Below, piece after piece: positions 25,318 to 36,664 of a stretch of 64,000 nucleotides of DNA; positions within the stretch are counted from its first letter, which is position 1, and every line of letters starts with the position of its first letter. The translations under genes were made by a program, and so were the position numbers. The notes under the pieces are model-generated. The model saw nothing but the letters and a program-made list of their open reading frames with translations. It was not told the DNA's origin and did not search any database. Source of the stretch: Mobula hypostoma (taxonomy: Eukaryota); assembly GCF_963921235.1 (NCBI RefSeq), contig NC_086097.1:181724001-181788000 (forward strand), in the 5' to 3' direction.

Positions 25318-28085
25318 CAGAATCAGAATCAGGTTTATTATCACCAGCATGTGTTGTGAAATTTGTAGCTTAGCAGCAGAGTGAAAAAATAAATGAATAA
25401 ATAAATTTCAATATATGTATATTGAATAGATTAAAAATCGTGCAAAAAACAGGAATAATATATATTAAAAAAGTGAAGTAGTGTTCATGGGTTGAATGTC
25501 CATTTGGAATCAGATGGCAGAGGGGAAGAAGCTGTTCCTGAATCACTGAGTGTGTGCCTTCAGGCTTCTGTACCTCCTACCTGATGTTAACAGTGAGAAA
25601 AGGGCATGCCCTGGGTGCTGGAGGTCCTTCATAATGGATGCTGCCTTTCTGAGACACTGCTTCTTGAAGATGTCCTAACTACTTTATAGGCTAGTACCCA
25701 AGATGGAGCCGACTAATTTACGACCCTCTGCAGCTTCTTTCGGTCCTGTGCAGTAGCCCCCCCCCTCCCCTGCCCAATTACCAGACAGTGAAACAGCCTG
25801 TCAGAATGCTCTTCATGGTACATCTATAGAAGTCTTTTGAGTGTTTTTGTTGACAAACCAAATCTCTTCAAACTCTTAATGAAATATAGTTGCTGTCTTG
25901 CCTTCTTTATAACTACATCAATATGTTGGGACCAGGTTAGGTCCATAAGTGACCTTGTTATCCAGGAACTTGAAACGGCTCACTCTCTCCAGTTCTGATC
26001 CTTCTGTGAGGATCGGTATGTGTTCCTTCGTCTTACTCTTCCTGAAGCCCACAATCAGCTCTTTTGTCTTACTAACGTTGAGTGCCAGGTTGTTGCTGCG
26101 ACACCACTCCACTAGTTGGCATATCTCACTCCTGTACCGCCTCGTCACCACCTGAGATTCTACCAGCAATTGTTGCATCATCAGCAGATTTATAGATGGT
26201 ATTTGAGTTATGCCTAACCACACAGTCATGGATATAGAGAGAGCAGAGCAGTGAGCTAAGCACACACCCTTGAGGTGCACCAGTACTGACCGTCAGTGAG
26301 GAGGAGATATTATCATCAATCTGCAGAGATTATGGTCTTCTGGTTAGGAAGTCAAGGATCCAATTGCAGAGGGAAGTACAGAGGTCCAGGTTCTGTAACT
26401 AATCAATCAGGATTGTGGGAATGATGGCGTTAAATGCTGAGCTATAGTCAATGAACAGCACCCTGACATAGATGTTTGTATTGTCCAGGTGGTCTAAGGT
26501 CGTAAGAGCCATTGAGATTGCCGTTGACCTATTGTGGCGGCAGACAAATTGCAGTGGGTCCAAGTCCTTGCTAAGGCAGGAATTCAGTTTACTTTTGACC
26601 AACCTCTCAAAGCATTTCATCACTGCAGATGTGAGTGTTACTCGGCAATAGTCATTAAGGCAGCTCACATTATCTTCCTTAGGCACTGGTATAATTGTTG
26701 CCTTTTTGAAGCAAGAGGGAACTTCTTCCTATAGCAGTGAGAGGTTGAAAATGTCCTTGAATACTCCTGCCAGTTGGTTGGCACAAGTTTTCAGAGCCTT
26801 ACCAGATACTCTGTTGGGGCCTTCCACCTTGCGAGGGTTCACTCTCTTTAAAGACAGCCCAATACAGGCCTCAGAGACAGAGATCACAGGGTCACTGTGA
26901 TCTTCATACCTGCAGTTATATTTTCCCTTTCAAAGCTGGCATAGTAGGCGTTGAGTTCATCTGGTAGTGAAGTATCGCTGCCATTCATGCTATTGGGTTT
27001 TGCAGTGTAGGAAGTAATGTCTTGCAAACCCTGCCAGAGTTGTTGTACATCCAACCTCATTCAAAATTGTCTCTTCACCCCTGAAATAGTCCTCCACAAG
27101 TCATACCTGGTTTTCTGGTACAAACCTGGGTTGCCAGACTTGAATGCCACAGATCTAACCTTCAGCAGATGACGTACCTCCTGGTTCAATCACGGCTTTT
27201 GGCTTGGGAACGTACAGCAAGTCTTTGTAGGCACACAACCACACAGGTTTTAAAAAAGTCGGTTACAACTGCAGCATACTCATCCAGGTTCAAAGATAAT
27301 CCCTGAATACAGTCCAGACAACCGATTCAAAGCAATCCTCTAAGCACTCCTGTGCTTCCCTTGTCCATACCTTCTCAGTCCTCGCTACTGGTGCTGCAGT
27401 CTTCAGTCTCTGCCTATACTCGGAGTAGAAGTAGAGCCAGGTGACCAGACTTCCTGAAGTGAGGGTGTGGAATAGCATGGCAGGCATTCTTGATGGTGGT
27501 GTAACAATGGTCCAGTGTGTTGTTTCCTCTGGTATTGCAAGTGATCTGTCGATGGTAATTGTTCGGTGATTTTTTTTTCAGACTGGCCTGGTTAAAATCC
27601 CCCAAAATGACGGTGAAGGTGTTAGGGTGTGCTGTTTCATGTTAGTTGAACCCATTGTTCAGATCATCTAAAGCCTGACTGACATTGGCCTGAGGTGGAA
27701 TGTATACCACTACCAAAATGATCATGGAAATCTTCCAAGCTAGGTAAAAAAGGATGGCACTTAGTTGTGTGATATTCCAGTTCTGGTGAGCAAAATTAGG
27801 ACAGCAGTGATATACTTGTGCACCAAGAGGAGTTGATCATGAGGCATAATTCTCCACCTCTGCTTTTGAGGACTCTATGGATCCTGACGGTGTATAGTAA
27901 ACCTGTTGATCTGAATCGCTGCATCCGGTATAGAAGGGGTTAACCAGGATTCCGTGAAACAAAGGACACACGCAGTCCTCATATCCCTCTGATTCAGCAG
28001 CACAGCTCTGAGATTATCGATTTTAATCACCAGAGACTGCATGTTTGCTAGCAAGATGGTCAGGATTGGGAGTGGGGCAGATTGT
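25318..28085 (-). mobile_element. Rex1/Babar-type LINE, near full-length ORF, decayed
   Basis: [51 protein letters not shown]. (GATTCT)n tail at about 25318. Confidence 0.88.
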
Positions 28086-28129
28086 CCCCATCTCAGAAAT
28101 CTGACTGACTGTGGGGGAGGGGTGATGAA

Positions 28130-29065
28130 GGTGATAAATCTGTCAAATTGTCTACGCAGCTTGCAGCAAAGCATTTGATCAAGCCCATCCAGCAGATGAA
28201 GATTCATGGTGAGGTGGCAAAATTGCCTTGGTCATACAAGAGAAGTTAGTGGTGGAGTGTTTCTCCGTCTGGAGGACTATGACCGGTGGTGATCCACAAG
28301 GATCAGTGCTGGGAATGCTGATATTGTGCTATGATATGGATGAAAATGTTGGTAGGCTGATTAGTTAGTTTGAAGATGACAAGAAATGATGGACTTGTAC
28401 ATTGTGAATAGGGTTGTCAAAGGAATAGTTCAGTTAGAAATCTGGACAGGGAAATGGCAGTTGGAGATAATCCAGAAAAGTGTAAGGAGTTAGACTTTGG
28501 GAGATCAAATGGAAGAGGAAAGTATACAGTAAACAGCAGGCCCCCTGGGAGCACTGATGTACAGAGGGATCTTGGGATGCAAATTCATTGCTCTCTGAAA
28601 GCAGGAATACAAGTAGATAGAGTGGTTAAGAAGGCATACTTGCCTTCACTGGTCAGGACACTGAGTATAAAAGTTAAGAAATCATGGTGTATCTGTATAA
28701 AGCTTTGGTTAAGCCACATGTGGGTTATTCTGTGCAGTTCTGGTCAACTCATTACAGGAAGGATGTGAAGACTTTGGATAGGGTGTAGCAAAGGTTCATC
28801 AGGGTGTTGCCTGGATTTAATGTATTATGTTATAAGCAGGAGTTGGACAAACTTGGATTGTTTTCTCTGGATCATCAGAAACTGAAGGGTTGATAACAGG
28901 AGCTTATAAAATTATGAGAGGCATAGATAGGGCACAGTCAGAGTCCTTTTCTCAGGGTGAAGATGTCGAATATGAGAAGGCACAGGTTTAAGGTGAAAGG
29001 GGAAAGCTTAAATGGAATGTGTAAGGCAGGTTCTTTTCTAAAAAAAAGGCAATGGTAGGTGCCTG
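28130..29065 (+). mobile_element. CR1 LINE RT and 3' fragment (decayed)
   Basis: DVQRDLGMQIHCSLK..QVDRVVKKAY motif. Confidence 0.75.
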
Positions 29066-29784
29066 GCTTCACCTATCACCTTCTAGCTAATCTCCTACCC
29101 CTTCCCGCAAAAGGGTCTTGGCTTGAAATGTCAACTGATTGTCAATTTCCATGGATGCAGCCTGACTGCTGAGTTCCTCCAGTATTTGGTGTTTTGCAGA
29201 GTGGTAGATGCTTAGACAACACTGCCAGGGGAAGTGATAGAAACAGACATGATGGCAATGTTTAAGAGGCACATAGGATTAGTTTACACTAGCATGGTGG
29301 GCTGAAGGGCTTGTTTCTTAGATTTTCTCTGTTAACCTTCCAACATGGTGTTACACCTATTCAAAAGTTCAATTTATTGTCAAAGTATACATGTACAACT
29401 CTGATATTCGCCTTCTCCAGATAGCCATGAAATACAGAAAAACCACGGGTGTTGTTGAAAGAAAAGACATCAACCCACTCCCGGCATGAAAAAGAAATAA
29501 AACTCACAAACCCCAAACCCTCCCCCCAACTCCTCCCTCACACAAAAAACAGATTGCCCGCATGGAAAACGGCAGCTGGAACATCAAACCCCAAATCCCC
29601 TCCCTCGCAAAGAAAGCAACATAGCATCAAACCCCAACCCTCTCCCTCACAGAAAACAGCGACAATAGCATCAAATCCTCAAATACCCTCTCTCACACAC
29701 AAAAAACAATAGATCGCCCATACAGATAAACACTAACAAGAACATCAGACTTTGAAAATGACCTCACTAGGTATTGGTGTTCAG

Positions 29785-29940
29785 GGTAGCACTGCTATCT
29801 CAATTCCAGTGACCTAAATTTATTCTGACCTCTGGCACTGTATGGAGTCAGCAAGTTCTTGTGGCTTCTTTCTCACGTTGTAAAAATGTGCAGACTGGTA
29901 GAGTAACTGGCTGCTGTAAATTGCCATTCATGCAGGAATG
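29785..29940 (+). mobile_element. tRNA-derived V-SINE/HE1-like SINE, decayed
   Basis: Pol III box-like head followed by the ...ggtagagtaactggctgctgtaaattgcc core. Confidence 0.5.
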
Positions 29941-30462
29941 TGGTTGGAGAATAATGTGGTAATAGGGGTTCAATGAGCATGTGAGAGACTAGCTTGCAAG
30001 GAGAAAAGTCAGGGCATGTGACTGACAGGTGTGTTTGGGAGCTAGCACAGAATCAGTTGTCTAAATAGCCTCCCTCTGTCATAAGGGACAAGAGAAAGCA
30101 CGAAATCTGAGAATACTTCGTGGGTGCCACCATGCAAGTGTTTTATTGCACCAACTGTAATTATCTCAATATCCTCTGCTGTGTCCATTCAGTGCGGTTT
30201 ATGGTAAGGTGGTTTGATTTATTTAAAAACTGTTAACTGAATTGGATTTGCAGTTATACTTCCTGAAGCTTATGGTTTGAAATTATCAATGATAAGTAAA
30301 CAACTAGTCTCCTAAGTAATCGGATAACAACTGGTTAATAGAAATCAAGTGACAAAGGAACCGGCACCTGACAATAGGAATCTGCTGGTTCCAGTCAAGG
30401 CAGTTCTTATGAGAAGTGACATGGTGAGAGAGAAAGAAAAGAAGAATTTTTCCTTTTATTAC

Positions 30463-30572
30463 CTGTAGCTTGAGGAATTATGTTCACAACGGGGGAGCTG
30501 GATCAACAGTGCATCAAGGAGGGGAAAGCTGCGAGTACAACTTGTTCCAGGAGGCAGTCACACCTTGTAGAT
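30463..30572 (-). other. TMUB1: Candidate internal 5'UTR exon of TMUB1 (110 nt)
   Basis: Non-repetitive island among TEs, bounded by acceptor ctctgCAG| and donor AG|GTAATA. Confidence 0.4.
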
Positions 30573-30814
30573 CTGCAGAGTTGTACAGAACACAGATAGA
30601 CCCTTAGTCCCATCACGTTGATACTGCTCCATTTACAATAATACCATCCTCCCGCATTCGGACGGGATCAGCTTGCTTTGTCTATTTAAGTGCCTACCTA
30701 TACTTCTCTTAAAAGTAGAAATTGTGTTCAATTTGAACATTTGAACACTCCTCTGGCAGCAGATTCCAGATTCTAATCATTCCCAATGAATGAATCACTC
30801 TATCTTTCATAAAA

Positions 30815-31335
30815 AGCAAGATCTCCTGCTGGACACCCATTTCAATTTGACTTACCATTCCATTCTGACATGTCTGTCTGTCCACGGCCTTCTCTACTGC
30901 CACGATAAGGCCAAACTTATTCATATTCCATATAGGTACCCTGCAACCTGATGGCATGAACATTGATTTCTTCAATTTCATTACTTCCTCTCCCCGCCCC
31001 CCCCAACTTCTCTTTCCATTCCCCATTCTAATTCCTCTCTCACTCCTTCTCTTCTCAACCGACCATCATCTCCCTCTGGTTCCCATCTGTCTCTTTCTTT
31101 CATGATCCACTGTCTCCAATTAGATTCCTTCTTCGTCAACCCTTTACCTCTTCTACCTATCCCTTCCAAACCTTTTACTTTATCCCACCCAGGCACTTTT
31201 CCCTTCATCCGATTTCACTTACCACCTGCCAGCTTGCACTCCTTTCCCTCCATCTTCTTATTCTGGTTTCAGCCCCTTTTCTTTCCAGTCCTGACGAAGG
31301 GTCTCAACCTGAAACGTTGATTGTTTATTCCCCTC
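30815..31335 (+). mobile_element. Older Penelope-like 3' fragment with hammerhead
   Basis: Decayed GIY-YIG C-terminus (..LQPDGMNIDFFNF), pyrimidine-rich UTR, then CAGTC-CTGACGA-AGGGTCTCAACCT-GAAACGTT-GATTG. Confidence 0.8.
31286..31323 (+). ncRNA. Minimal hammerhead ribozyme motif (GUU triplet variant)
   Basis: CAGUC-CUGACGA-AGGGUCUCAACCU-GAAAC-GUU^GAUUG. Helix I pairs CAGUC/GAUUG with one G-U; helix II pairs AGG/CCU. Confidence 0.75.
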
Positions 31336-32078
31336 AACGAAAATCTAATTGCTGAGACAGGATATTCTCCACACAAAGCCATGCTGACCATCCCTCATTG
31401 GCCTTTGCCTTTCCAAATGTACACAAACAGCATACTGTGCCACTGATATAAGGCTCACCAGCCTGTAACTGCTCAGCTTATCCCTGCTGTCCCTGTAAGT
31501 TCACTGTTAAATTAAAAACAATCAGTAATCCTATAAAAGATGCAAAAAAAACTCCATTGGGATCCAGCAACCTGCTTCCCTGGTTCCCACAGCAACCAGG
31601 AGCAGATCTGTCAGCCCTGTGATTTATTAAACTTTGTGAGTACAATAAACTTAACACCTCCATGTTCTTAAAACTGAACACAGATGAGAAATATTCAGTT
31701 AGGATCTCACTCGTATCCCTGTCTCCACATAGATTAGCCCTCTGTTGCTCAAGGGACTCACTCTTTAACAGTCTCCCCATTTGCTTCTGATATATTTACA
31801 CAACATCTTGGGAGGACTGTTAAGGGTGGTATCAGAAGGTCCGTTACCTGAAAGCATGCAGCATTTGTGACAAGGCATGTGAATTAATGGTGGACTCTTG
31901 ACCTCACAATCTACCTCGTTATGTCTTTGCACCTTTTTGTCTGCCTGCACTGCACTTCCTCTGTAACTGCAACACTTTATTCTGCACTCCAGAACATGGA
32001 ACATAGAATAGTACAGCACAGTACAGGCCCTTTGGCCCACAATGTTGTGCTGACCCTCAAACCCCACCTCCCATATAA

Positions 32079-33522
32079 GCAACACACATCAAAGTTGCTG
32101 GTGAACGCAGCAGGCCAGGCAGCATCTCTAGGAAGAGGTACAGTCGACGTTTCGGGCCGAGACCCTTCGTCAGGACTAAATGAAGGAAGAGCTAGTAAGA
32201 GATTTGAAAGTGGGAGGGGGAGGGGGAGATCCAAAATGATAGGAGAAGACAGGAGGGGGAGGGATGGAGCCAAGAGCTGGACAGGTGATTGGCAAAGGGG
32301 ATATGAGAGGATCATGGGACAGGAGGCCCGGGGAGAAAGAAAAGGGGTGGGGGGGGAACCCAGAGAATGGGCAAGGGGTATAAGTCAGAGGGACAGAGGG
32401 AGAAAAAGGAGAGAGAGAGAAAGAATATGTGTATATTAATAAATAACGGATGGGGTACAAGGGGGAGGTGGGACATTAGCGGAAGTTTCAGAAGTCAATG
32501 TTCATGCCATCAGGTTGGAGGCTACCCAGACGGAATATAAGGTATAGTTGCTCCAACCTGAGTGTGGCTTCAACTTTACAGTAGAGGAGGCCGTGGATAG
32601 ACATATCAGAATGGGAATGGGATGTGGAATTAAAACGTGTGGCCACTGGGAGATGCTGCTTTCTCTGGCGGACAGAGCGTAGGTGTTCAGCAAAACGATC
32701 TCCCAGTCTGCGTTGGGTCTCGCCAATATATAGAAGGCCACATCGGGAGCACCGGACACAGTATATCACCCCAGCCGATTCATGGGTGAAGTGTCGCCTC
32801 ACCTGGAAGGACTGTCTGGGGCCCTGAATGGTGGTAAGGGAGGAAGTGTAAGGGCATGTGTAGCACTTGTTCCGCTTACAAGGATAAGTGCCAGGAGGGA
32901 GAACAGTGGGGAGGGAAACGAATGGACAAGGGAGTCATGTAGGAAGCTATCCCTGTGGAACGCGGGGGGGGGGGAGGGAAAGATGTGCTTAGTGGTGGGA
33001 TCCCGTTGGAGGTGGCGGAAGTTACGGAGAATAATATGTTGGACCCAGAGGCTGGTGGGGTGGTAGGTGAGGACCAGGGGAACCCTATTCCTAGTGGGGT
33101 GGCGGGAGGATGGAGTGAGAGTAGATGTGCGTGAAATGGGGGAGATGCGTTTGACAGCAGAGTTGATGGTGGAGGAAGGGAAGCCCTTTTCTTTAAAAAA
33201 GGAGGACATCTCCCTCGTCCTGGAATGAAAAGCCTCATCCTCAGAGCAGATGTGGCGGAGATGGAGGAATTGCAAGAAGGGAATGGCATTTTTGCAAGAG
33301 ACAGGGTGAGAAGAGGAATAGTCCAGATAGCTGTGAGAGTCAGTAGGCTTATAGTAGACATCAGTAGATAAGCTGTCTCCAGAGATAGAGACAGAAAGAT
33401 CTAGAAAGGGGAGGAAGATGTCAGAAATGAACCAGGTAAACTTGAGGGCAGGATGAAAGTTGGAGGCCCAGGTAAACTTGAGGGCAGGGTGAAAGTTGGA
33501 GGACCAGGTAAACTTGAGGGGG
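32079..33522 (-). mobile_element. Penelope-like element, 5'-truncated (RT thumb, linker, GIY-YIG, terminal repeat with intact hammerhead)
   Basis: LPFLDLSV...STDVYYKPTDSHSYLDYSSSHP, RVPLVLTYHP and YCVRCSRCGLLYIGET motifs; 7-bp TSD CATATAA at 32072-32078 and 33523-33529. Confidence 0.93.
32142..32177 (-). ncRNA. Minimal type I hammerhead ribozyme motif (Penelope terminal repeat)
   Basis: AGUC-CUGACGA-AGGGUCUCGGCCC-GAAAC-GUC^GACU: conserved core, helix I AGUC/GACU, helix II GGG/CCC, palindromic minimal helix III ACGU. Confidence 0.85.
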
Positions 33523-35150
33523 CATATAACCCCCACCTTAAATTCCTCCATATACCTGTCTACTAGTCTCTTAAATTTCACTAGTGTATCTGTCTCCACC
33601 ATGGCCGCAGGCAACGAATTCCACGCACCAACCACTCTCTGAGTGAAAAAAAACCTTCCTCTAATATCCCCTTTGAACTTCCCACCCCTTACCTTTAAGC
33701 CATGTCCTCTTGTATTGAGCAGTGGTGCCCTGCAGAAAAGGCACTGGCTGTCCACTCTATCTATTCCTCTTTAATATCGTGTATACCTCTATCATGTCTC
33801 CTCACATCCTCCTTCTCTCCAAAGAGTAAAGCCCTAGCTCCCTTAATCTCTGATCATAATGCATACTCTCTGAACCAGACAGCATCCTGGTAAATCTCCT
33901 CTGTACCCTTTCCAATGCTTCCACATCCTTCCTATAGTGAGGCAACCAGAACTGGACACAGTACTCCAAGTGTGGCCTAACCAGAGTTTTATAGAGCTGC
34001 ATCATTATCTCATGACTCTTAAACTCTATCCCTCGACTTATGAAAGCTAACACCCCATAAGCTTTCTTAACTATCCTATCTACCTGTGAGGTAACTTTCA
34101 GGGATCTGTGGACATATACCCCCAGATCCCTCTGCTCCTCCACACTACCAAGTATCCTGCCATTTACTTTTGTACTCTGCCTTGGAGTTTGTCCTTCCAA
34201 AGTGTACCACCTCACATTTCTCTGGGTTGAACGCCATCTGCCACTTCTCAGCCCACTTCTGCATCCTATCAATGTCTCTCTGCAATCTTCGACAATCCTC
34301 TACATTATCCACAACACCACCAACCTTTGTGTCGTCTGCAGACTTGCCAACCCACCCTTCTACCCCCACATCCAGGTCATTAATAAAACTCACGAAAAGT
34401 AGAGTTCCCAGAACTGATCCTTGTGGGACACCACTAGTCACAACCTTCCAATCCGAATGTACTCCCTCCACCATGACCCTCTGCTTTCTGCAGGCAAGCC
34501 AATTCTGAATCCACCTGGCCAAACTTCCCTGGATCCCATGCCTTCTGACTTTCTGAATAAGCCTACCATGTGGAACCTTGTCAAATGCCTTACTAAAATC
34601 CATGTAGATCACATCCGTTGCAATACCCTCATCTATATACCTGGTCACCTCCTCAAAGAAATCTATCAGGCTTGTTAGACAGGATCTGCCCTTCACAAAG
34701 CCATGCTGACTGTCGCTGATCAGACCATGATTCTCTAAATGCCCAGAGATCCTATCTCTGAGAATCTTTTTCAACAGATTTCCCACCACAGACGTAAGGC
34801 TCACTAGTCTATAATTACCCGGACTATCCCTACTACCTTTTTTGAACAAGGGGACAACATTTGCCTCCCTCCAATCCTCCGGTACCATACCCGTGGACAA
34901 CAAGGACATAAAGATCCTAGCCAGAGGCTCAGCAATCTCTTCCCTTGCATCGTGGAGCACCCTAGGGAATATTCCATCAGACCCCGGGGACTTATCCGTC
35001 CTAATGTATTTTAACAACTCCAACACCTCCTCTCCCTCAATATCAACGTGCTCCAGAACATCAACCTCACTCATATTGTCCTCACCGTCATCAAGTTCCC
35101 TCTTATTGGTGAATACCGAAGAGAAGTTTTCATTGAGGATCTCGCTCACT

Positions 35151-36095
35151 TAGAACATAGAATAGTACAGCACAGTACAGGGCCTTCGACCCACAATGTT
35201 GTGCCGACCCTAAAAACCCTGCCTCCCATATAACCCTCACCTTAAATTCCTCCAATTACCTGCAAGAGTTCCCTAAACATCGACCACATGTCCATATAAC
35301 CCTGTTATTTTTGCACCTTTCCAAAATTTGCCTTCCAATCTGCTCCTTGGTATCTCTGCTGCTACCAGGGGGCATATAGAATACTCCCAACAGAGTAACT
35401 GCTCCCTTTCTGTTCCAGACTTCCACCCATACCAATTCAAAAGAGGATCCTGCTACATTACCCACCCTTTCTGTAGCTGTAATAGTATCCCTGATCAGTA
35501 ATGCCACCCCTCCTCCCGTTTTCCCCCCTCTCTATCCCTTTTAAAGCACTGAAATCCAGGAATATTGAGAATCCATTCCTGCCCTGGTGGCAGCCAAGTC
35601 TCTGTAATGGCCACTACATCATAATTCCATGTATGTATCCAAGCTCTCAGTTCATCACCTTTGTTCCTGATGCTTCTTGCATTGAAGTACACGCACTTTA
35701 GCCCTTTTACCTTACTACCCTTACACCCTTTATTCTGCTTCTCTTTCCTCAAAGCCTCGCTAGATGTTAGATCTGGCTTTACTCCATGCACTTCTTCCAC
35801 TGCTCTATCACTCTGGGTCCCATCCCCCTTGCAAATTAGTTTAAACCCTCCCAAACCATGCTAGCAAACCTACCTGCAAAAATATTGCTCTCCCTTGATT
35901 TCAGGTGCAACCCATCCAATCTGTACAGGTCCCATCTTCCCCAGAAGAGATCCCAATGATCCAAAAATCTAAAACCCTGCCCCCTGCACCAACTCCTCAG
36001 CCACACATTCAACTGCCATCTCCTCCAATTCTTACCATCACTATCACGTAGCACTGGCAGCAATCCTGAGAACGCCACCCTTGAGGTCCTGTTTC
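35151..36095 (-). mobile_element. Second CR1 copy of the same family: ORF1 SGNH tail, EN and a short linker joined to a 3' tail
   Basis: FRFLDHWDLFWGRWDLY..DGLHL and LKCVYFNARSIRNK..ITETWL motifs. 35151-35254 repeats the 3' UTR seen at 31992/33523. Confidence 0.8.
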
Positions 36096-36664
36096 CTTTT
36101 CCTATCACTTTTTCTTTGCCTCAGTAGGACAAACCTATCCTGAACCCAGCACATTGCTATCATTGCTTACCCTTGTACTAACTTAATGCACTGCTCTAAG
36201 TAATCTTTAATTAATTGATCTGTATGAGTGGTAAACAATACAATTTCACTCTACCTTAGTACATTGAAGGGCGCCCATTCAGAACAGAGATGCGAATAAA
36301 TTTTTTCAGCCAAAGAGTAGTGAATCTGTGGAATTTGCTGCCACAGATGGCAGTGGAGGTCAATTCATTGGGTGTATTTAAGGCAGAGATTGATAGGTAC
36401 CTGAGTAGCCAGGGCATCAAAGGTTATGGTGAGAAGGCGGGGGAGTGGGACTAAATGGGAGAATGGATCAGCTCATGATAGAACGGCGGAGCAAACTCGA
36501 TGGGCCAAATGGCCGACTTCTGCTCCTTTGTCTTATGGTCTTATGTGACCATAATAAACAAATATTCAAATAGTAACAAATAACAGACTAACAGTTATTG
36601 CAGATAAATAGTTGTAAGGTGACCAAGAGAGGGACTATATATTGCGCCTTTTGTTTCACAGAAT

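Larger units (their letters stand above)
31992..35150 (-). mobile_element. Relatively young CR1 LINE (RT ORF 35149-34145 plus C-terminus), with a Penelope inserted in its 3' UTR
   Basis: KSPGSDGI.PR.L, NYRLVSLTS, DFSKAFDKVPH, GVPQGSVLG and ADDTK motifs; tail aacatagaatagtacagcac at about 31992. Confidence 0.92.

Noticed and set aside
32799..33755. 318-aa ORF as a novel gene
   Set aside because: It is a chance in-frame chimera: the CR1 ORF2 tail reads through the TSD into a truncated Penelope RT.
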